Assembly: GCA_904501835.1 (NCBI GenBank)
Contig: CAJGBW010000001.1
Location: forward strand, 2,441-66,440
Direction of reading: 5' to 3'
Length of the DNA stretch: 64,000 nucleotides
DNA from: an uncultured Bacteroidales bacterium
Lineage (GTDB): Bacteria; Bacteroidota; Bacteroidia; Bacteroidales; UBA932
A model generated the notes under the pieces. The model was not told where the DNA came from and did not search any database. It saw nothing but the letters and a program-made list of their open reading frames with translations. Shown here one piece after another: positions 59,157 to 64,000 of the stretch. The position numbers and the translations under genes are program-made. Each line of letters begins with the position of its first letter. Position 1 is the first letter of the stretch.

Positions 59157-60635
59157 ATGATTTCTTCTCCCCAATCAAGCACAATAATTCGTCGGTTAGG
59201 ACTTATTATTTTGACTGTTCTGTTGGTACTTCTGGCTTTGCGTCCTGCGGCAAAGTGGATGAGTAACGAACTTTTAGATTACGATGAGGCGGGACAATTT
59301 TGGATGTCAAAAGGCTTACATCATTATTCTGCGCCCTATTCCGAATGCGGTTCTCTTAAAGATGCTCTGGAGTATAATCGCCATTATAATATGGATCCGG
59401 GCGGGTTTACGGCAATCTTATATTTTTGGTCAAAGATTTCCAACGATATTCATTTTCTGCGCTTGCTTCCTATCATTTTCTATTTGTTATCAATTTTGGG
59501 TACCTATTTAATAGGTAAAAAATTATTTTCAAGTAGAGTTTGGGCGATAGCGCTTGCTTTGTTGCTTGTTTTACCTTCTCCCACCGCAAGTGTTCCGTAT
59601 TTTTCAATTCCATTTGCTGCCAGAGCGGGATATTTAAGGGCTTATACAATGGAAATGGCTGGTGTGGTTCTGTGTGTTTGGTATTTATTGAAAGAGCATG
59701 ATAATTTGACGAGTAAAAGTTTGTTGAAACTTAGCCTCTTGATGTGCTTTTTCTGTACAAGTCGTTATGGCTTTATCATCGCTGCTTTTGCCATGTCATT
59801 GTATGTTTTATGGCAGATTTACAATCAAAAAGAGCCATTATCCATCGCGATTAAAAAGATTTGTGTTTATTCTATACCTCTTTTGATTACGGTTGCCGCC
59901 GTATATTTCGGAGAAGCGAAATATCAAAATTCTGGTCTTGAATTGTTGCCGTATTATCGTGCTTTAGGGCAGAGTGCCGAATTGTGGTGTGGTTGGATGT
60001 CAGTTTCTCTATATCTGGTTTCATGCTATGTCTGTGTCCAGAAGTTTATACGGAAAACATCTGTTTCACCCTTGTATGTTCTTACCTGTGTGATTGGGTG
60101 GGTGTTTGTGGTTTTTTCGTGTTTGAATAAATATCCGTGGGCGCCTCTTTCAACAATGCCAGTGATGATATTAACGCAAATATCATTGTTTAGTCTTCTT
60201 CTTAAAAGTTTTAAGAGAATCCCAATAAGTGTCGTGTATCCATCGTTGTTGGTAATAATGTTATTTCTCAATCTTGCTCTGTGGAGAATTCATATTCGTG
60301 CTGTTGGGAAATACCAGAGTGAATTGGACCTAAAAGAACTTAAAGAACTATGTTATGAGTCTCAGTCCGTTTTAGTGACGACCGGTATGAATCCGACCTA
60401 TCGATATCTCTTTGAATATGGTGCACTACAAGATGTTGCTTACCCTGCTTCATTTTCGTTTTGTGGGGGAAATATGCATCATGATGATTTTTGGCAAATA
60501 AAAGAGGAGGCGGATATGATTGATTATCAGAAATATACTTATGTCGTGATTGATTCGAAACTGGCTCAAGTAGTACCTGAAGGGTTTGTTCAAATCGGAA
60601 GTTATACTTGCAAGAATATGCAAGGTGAAAAGTGA
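59157..60635 (+). CDS. Polytopic membrane protein, probable GT-C (ArnT/PMT-like) glycosyltransferase
   Basis: YDEA acidic motif after TM1, DPGGF..ILYFW, FLRLLP, RAYTME; about 11-12 TM helices. Confidence 0.65.
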   Translation: MISSPQSSTIIRRLGLIILTVLLVLLALRPAAKWMSNELLDYDEAGQFWMSKGLHHYSAPYSECGSLKDALEYNRHYNMDPGGFTAILYFWSKISNDIHFLRLLPIIFYLLSILGTYLIGKKLFSSRVWAIALALLLVLPSPTASVPYFSIPFAARAGYLRAYTMEMAGVVLCVWYLLKEHDNLTSKSLLKLSLLMCFFCTSRYGFIIAAFAMSLYVLWQIYNQKEPLSIAIKKICVYSIPLLITVAAVYFGEAKYQNSGLELLPYYRALGQSAELWCGWMSVSLYLVSCYVCVQKFIRKTSVSPLYVLTCVIGWVFVVFSCLNKYPWAPLSTMPVMILTQISLFSLLLKSFKRIPISVVYPSLLVIMLFLNLALWRIHIRAVGKYQSELDLKELKELCYESQSVLVTTGMNPTYRYLFEYGALQDVAYPASFSFCGGNMHHDDFWQIKEEADMIDYQKYTYVVIDSKLAQVVPEGFVQIGSYTCKNMQGEK

Positions 60636-60637
60636 AT

Positions 60638-60907
60638 ATGAGGCTTAATATAAATTACATTATAACCACATTGTTGGTGCTTATTTATACGCCAATCTTT
60701 ATATTTTTTATCGGTTGGTGCCGTCCATTGGTCTCTATTCCCATTTTTAGTCCTAAATTAAGTTTACATTACTAACTCACAGACTGTAAACCTATGTCAG
60801 GACAAGTCAATCACGAAATTCCTACTGAACGAATGGCGTATTGTTATAACTACGTTTCAGGGGATGTTTCCAATGATATCTTTTATAAATATGTGTCCAG
60901 TCGATAA
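60638..60907 (+). pseudogene. Remnant of an internally deleted membrane-protein gene
   Basis: Single frame MRLNINYIITTLLVLIYTPIFIFFIGWCRP...LHY*LTDC...NDIFYKYVSSR*; starts 2 nt after upstream stop, ends 1 nt before glf ATG. Confidence 0.5.
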
Positions 60908-60908
60908 T

Positions 60909-62039
60909 ATGTACGATTACCTAATCGTTGGTAGCGGATTGTATGGGGCTACTTTTGCTTACCTTGCGCAAAAGGCAGGGAAACGTTGTTTGGTTATTGA
61001 CAAGCGTTCGCATACGGGCGGTAATGTTCATTGCGAGAGGGTAGAAGGGATAGATGTTCATCAGTATGGAGCACATATTTTTCATACTTCAGATAAAGAA
61101 GTGTGGGATTTCGTTAATGGACTGGTTCCTTTTAATCGCTATACGAATGCTCCGGTTGCCAATTGGAAGGGTGAGTTGTATAACCTTCCTTTTAACATGA
61201 ATACTTTCAACCGTATGTGGGGTGTGATTACTCCGCAGGAGGCAGAGGAGAAACTTCGTGAGCAGAGGGAAGATGCTGCAAGAAAACTAAGGGAGTCAGG
61301 TGCGGATGAACCTCGTAATTTGGAGGAGCAGGCTTTATTGTTGGTGGGGCGTGATATCTATGAGCGTCTTATCAAAGGATATACGGAAAAACAATGGGGC
61401 CGTCCTTGTTCAGAACTTCCTGCGTTTATCATTAAGCGTCTGCCCGTAAGGATGATTTTTGATAATAATTATTTCAACGATGATTATCAGGGTGTTCCGA
61501 TAGGTGGTTATAATGCTTTGATTGATGCGCTATTAGAAAAGATTGAGGTGAAAACGGGCGTTGACTTTTTCATGGATAGGGACGCTTGGGAGGCATCAGC
61601 CAAGACCATCGTCTTTACAGGTGCGATTGATGAATTTTATGATTTTCGTTTTGGCCATCTTGAATATAGGACGGTGCGTTTCGAGACGGAGATTTTGGAT
61701 GCACCCAATTGGCAGGGGAATGCCGTGGTTAATTATACGGAACGCGAAATACCTTATACACGAATCATCGAGCATAAACATTTCGCAAGTTTTGGTCAGG
61801 CGGTATATGATAATCCGAAGACGGTTGTCTCAAAGGAGTACTCAACGGAATGGAAGCCGGGAATGGAGCCTTATTATCCTATCAACGACGATCGAAATCA
61901 ATCATTGTATAAAAAATATAAAGAACTTGCTGATCAAGAAGAGGATGTGATTTTTGGTGGGCGCCTTGCTGAATACCGTTATTATGATATGGCTCCTGTC
62001 ATCAGGCGGGCAATGGATATAGCTAATAGTTTGTTTTAA
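60909..62039 (+). CDS. glf: UDP-galactopyranose mutase
   Basis: YDYLIVGSGLYG, HQYGAHIFHT, YTEKQWG, YTRIIEHKHF, EPYYP, GGRLAEYRYYDM. Confidence 0.96.
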   Translation: MYDYLIVGSGLYGATFAYLAQKAGKRCLVIDKRSHTGGNVHCERVEGIDVHQYGAHIFHTSDKEVWDFVNGLVPFNRYTNAPVANWKGELYNLPFNMNTFNRMWGVITPQEAEEKLREQREDAARKLRESGADEPRNLEEQALLLVGRDIYERLIKGYTEKQWGRPCSELPAFIIKRLPVRMIFDNNYFNDDYQGVPIGGYNALIDALLEKIEVKTGVDFFMDRDAWEASAKTIVFTGAIDEFYDFRFGHLEYRTVRFETEILDAPNWQGNAVVNYTEREIPYTRIIEHKHFASFGQAVYDNPKTVVSKEYSTEWKPGMEPYYPINDDRNQSLYKKYKELADQEEDVIFGGRLAEYRYYDMAPVIRRAMDIANSLF

Positions 62040-62058
62040 GAGATAAAACGAATCAAAA

Positions 62059-62463
62059 ATGAGTCTTATCAAAAATTTGTGGTATCGTTTCCGCGAATTA
62101 ATCCTATATGGTATCATAGGCGGATTTTGTGCAGCATTGGATTTTGGCATTTATACCCTGTTGGGCTTGTGGATTCCCTATTTATGGGCGAATGTTGTCA
62201 GTGTTCATTGTGGAATATTTTGTAGTTTCTTCCTGAATCGTTCACTTAATTTTAAGGTGAAAGATCGTCCCGCTCAACGCTTTACTATATTCTACATGGT
62301 GGGGTTATCCGGGTTGGCGCTGAGTGAAGGGCTTATTTGGCTGATGGCTACTCGTTGGGCATGGACCTATATTGCCGCAAAACTTTTAACGGTCATTGTG
62401 GTGGCGATATATCAATTTGTCCTCAATAAGTTAATTACATTTAAAAAATCAAATAATGGATAA
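62059..62463 (+). CDS. GtrA family flippase
   Basis: 134 aa, 4 TM helices, YGIIGG, FFLNR..NF, AKLL, NKLITF. Confidence 0.9.
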   Translation: MSLIKNLWYRFRELILYGIIGGFCAALDFGIYTLLGLWIPYLWANVVSVHCGIFCSFFLNRSLNFKVKDRPAQRFTIFYMVGLSGLALSEGLIWLMATRWAWTYIAAKLLTVIVVAIYQFVLNKLITFKKSNNG

Positions 62464-63190
62464 GTTTTACATTGTAATGCCCGCCTATAACGAGGCAGAA
62501 AACATTGAGGATGTTATTTTGCAGTGGCATCCTGTTGCAGAGAAAATCAATGCTGATGGTGATTATTGTCGTTTGATGATAGCCAATGATGGGAGCAAGG
62601 ATAACACTTGGGAAAAGTTAAGTGCGTTGCAGGATAAATATCCTTATTTGATTGCTTTGAACAAGCCTAATTCCGGTCACGGTGCCACGGTTTTGTATTT
62701 GTATCGTAATGCTCTTGCGGATGGTGCGGATTATATCTTCCAGACCGATAGTGACGGTCAGACTTTGCCGGAAGAATTTTGGCCGATGTGGGAGAGTCGC
62801 AAAGAGTCCGATTTTCATATTGGCACACGCGGTGGCCGTCAGGACGGATTTAGCAGAATTGTCGTTACAAAGACCTTACGTTTTATCGTCTGGCTGATGT
62901 TTGGCGTTTGGGTAAAAGATGCCAATACGCCTTTCCGCCTGATGAATGCCGAGGCGCTCAAACGTGTGATGGCCGTTATCCCGGAAGATTTTTTCCTTTC
63001 AAATGTAGCGGTATCAGCGATTGCTGTGAAATGGAAAGAGAGCATTTCTTGGTATCCTATTACTTTCCGTCCGAGACAGGGTGGCGTGAATTCCATCAAT
63101 ATGAAAAGAATCTTCAAAATCGGTTGGAAGGCTTTGGGCGATTTCAGGATGATAAATAAAGGAAACGATATACGTGTTTGCACTAAATGA
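62456..63190 (+). CDS. GT2 polyprenyl-phosphate glycosyltransferase (GtrB/DPM1-like)
   Basis: VMPAYNE, NDGSKD, NSGHG, QTDSDGQ, DANTPFRL, RQGG. Confidence 0.9.
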   Translation: MDKFYIVMPAYNEAENIEDVILQWHPVAEKINADGDYCRLMIANDGSKDNTWEKLSALQDKYPYLIALNKPNSGHGATVLYLYRNALADGADYIFQTDSDGQTLPEEFWPMWESRKESDFHIGTRGGRQDGFSRIVVTKTLRFIVWLMFGVWVKDANTPFRLMNAEALKRVMAVIPEDFFLSNVAVSAIAVKWKESISWYPITFRPRQGGVNSINMKRIFKIGWKALGDFRMINKGNDIRVCTK

Positions 63191-63220
63191 TATTAGGAGG
63201 CATACCGTGAGCATATTTTC

Positions 63221-63331
63221 ACCCCTTAGGCGACTTTTTCTCGAAACTCGCACAAGGTATACTATATTTCATGCAAAACTGCCATTTTTTGATACCCCTT
63301 AGGCGACTTTTACTCTAAACTCGCGCAAGGT
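63221..63331. repeat. Two 38 nt palindromic direct repeats separated by 35 nt
   Basis: ACCCCTTAGGCGACTTTTTCTCGAAACTCGCACAAGGT (63221-63258) and ACCCCTTAGGCGACTTTTACTCTAAACTCGCGCAAGGT (63294-63331), 3 mismatches. Confidence 0.8.
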
Positions 63332-63395
63332 GTAGTAAATTCGTGTAAATTCGTGTAAACTACGTGTATGCAGGGCACTTCCGTGTGCTCGTGGG

Positions 63396-63968
63396 TTATT
63401 GTAGGTCGTTGAGTTTGATGATGCCTTGCAGGACGGCGTAGATGGTGAGTTTGCCCAGGGAGCGGGTTCCTAATTTTTCGCAGATGTTGTTGCGGTGGAA
63501 AATTACGGTGGTGGGGGAAATGTTGAGGTGGTCTGCTATCTCTTTGTTAATCAATCCCTTTACGAGAAGTGAGAGCACGTCTTTTTCGCGGGCGGACAGC
63601 AATTCGTCCTGCGCCTCTCTCTTTTCGCTCGGGTGTCCGCTTCGGTGCAATTGCAGAATGGCGCCAATCAACTCCTTTTCGGGCAGCGAACTGTCAATGA
63701 CTTTGTATCCACTTTCTTGGAAAATCGAGCCGCGACCGGAAGATAGGATGATGCATTGTTTTTTCAAGGGTTCGAATTCTTCGGCGTTTTCCAGGAGAAT
63801 CTGTTCGCTGATGAAATAATGCACAAAATAGTGGTCGCAGTCGGCTGAAAATGCCTTCATGGAGCCGTAGGAGCGGATTTCTACCTCATGGAATAGTTCC
63901 CACAAAATATCCTTCAACGCCAGGGCGGAGAGGGTGTTGGGGTCGATGATGGCGATGCAAGGGTTCAT
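63396..63968 (-). CDS. LuxR-family HTH transcriptional regulator
   Basis: LSAREKDVLSLLVKGLINKEIADHLNISPTTVIFHRNNICEKLG. Confidence 0.92.
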   Translation of the reverse strand: MNPCIAIIDPNTLSALALKDILWELFHEVEIRSYGSMKAFSADCDHYFVHYFISEQILLENAEEFEPLKKQCIILSSGRGSIFQESGYKVIDSSLPEKELIGAILQLHRSGHPSEKREAQDELLSAREKDVLSLLVKGLINKEIADHLNISPTTVIFHRNNICEKLGTRSLGKLTIYAVLQGIIKLNDLQ

Positions 63969-64000
63969 GGCGGTATTAAAACATCTGCTCCATAATGGAA

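Noticed and set aside
58659..59174. Short ORFs 58659..58880 (+) and 58986..59174 (-)
   Set aside because: No motifs or convincing starts; the region is better explained by repeats, a promoter and RNA structure
63221..63331. CRISPR array
   Set aside because: Only two repeats with three mismatches, no leader and no cas genes; reported as a repeat instead

Overview
Chromosomal window from a Bacteroidales bacterium, judged from TAnnTTTG/TTTG promoters, a SusC/SusD pair and typical Bacteroidota gene neighbourhoods. Housekeeping content: DUF1015 (partial), tRNA-Pro(TGG), GH31, purC-purB, asnA, mrp, rnhB, GH36, a flippase, trmO, an N-domain-less clpB, secG-lptE-sigma54 activator, secDF, a stand-alone rplC-rpsC block, uvrC, acpP, glgA-like, ftsX, uppP and lpxH. 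Two accessory regions stand out. (1) At 23.4-42.3 kb is a SusC/SusD locus with no recognisable CAZyme. It carries a glycerophosphodiester phosphodiesterase lipoprotein and two related beta-propeller lipoproteins, and is bracketed by two paralogous giant fimbrillin-like/beta-helix lipoproteins. Each giant gene is immediately preceded by an unannotated 50-54 aa YxxP peptide ORF. (2) At 58.6-63.4 kb is an AT-rich glf/GtrA/GtrB/GT-C cassette flanked by palindromic repeats. It is preceded by a ~240 nt promoter-bounded structured RNA candidate with a loop-loop pseudoknot. Also noted: a frameshift separating the sigma54 activator from its HTH, a candidate sigma54-type clpB promoter, a Bacilli-type purB and a split S10 operon. 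All calls come from reading the sequence; no searches were run.
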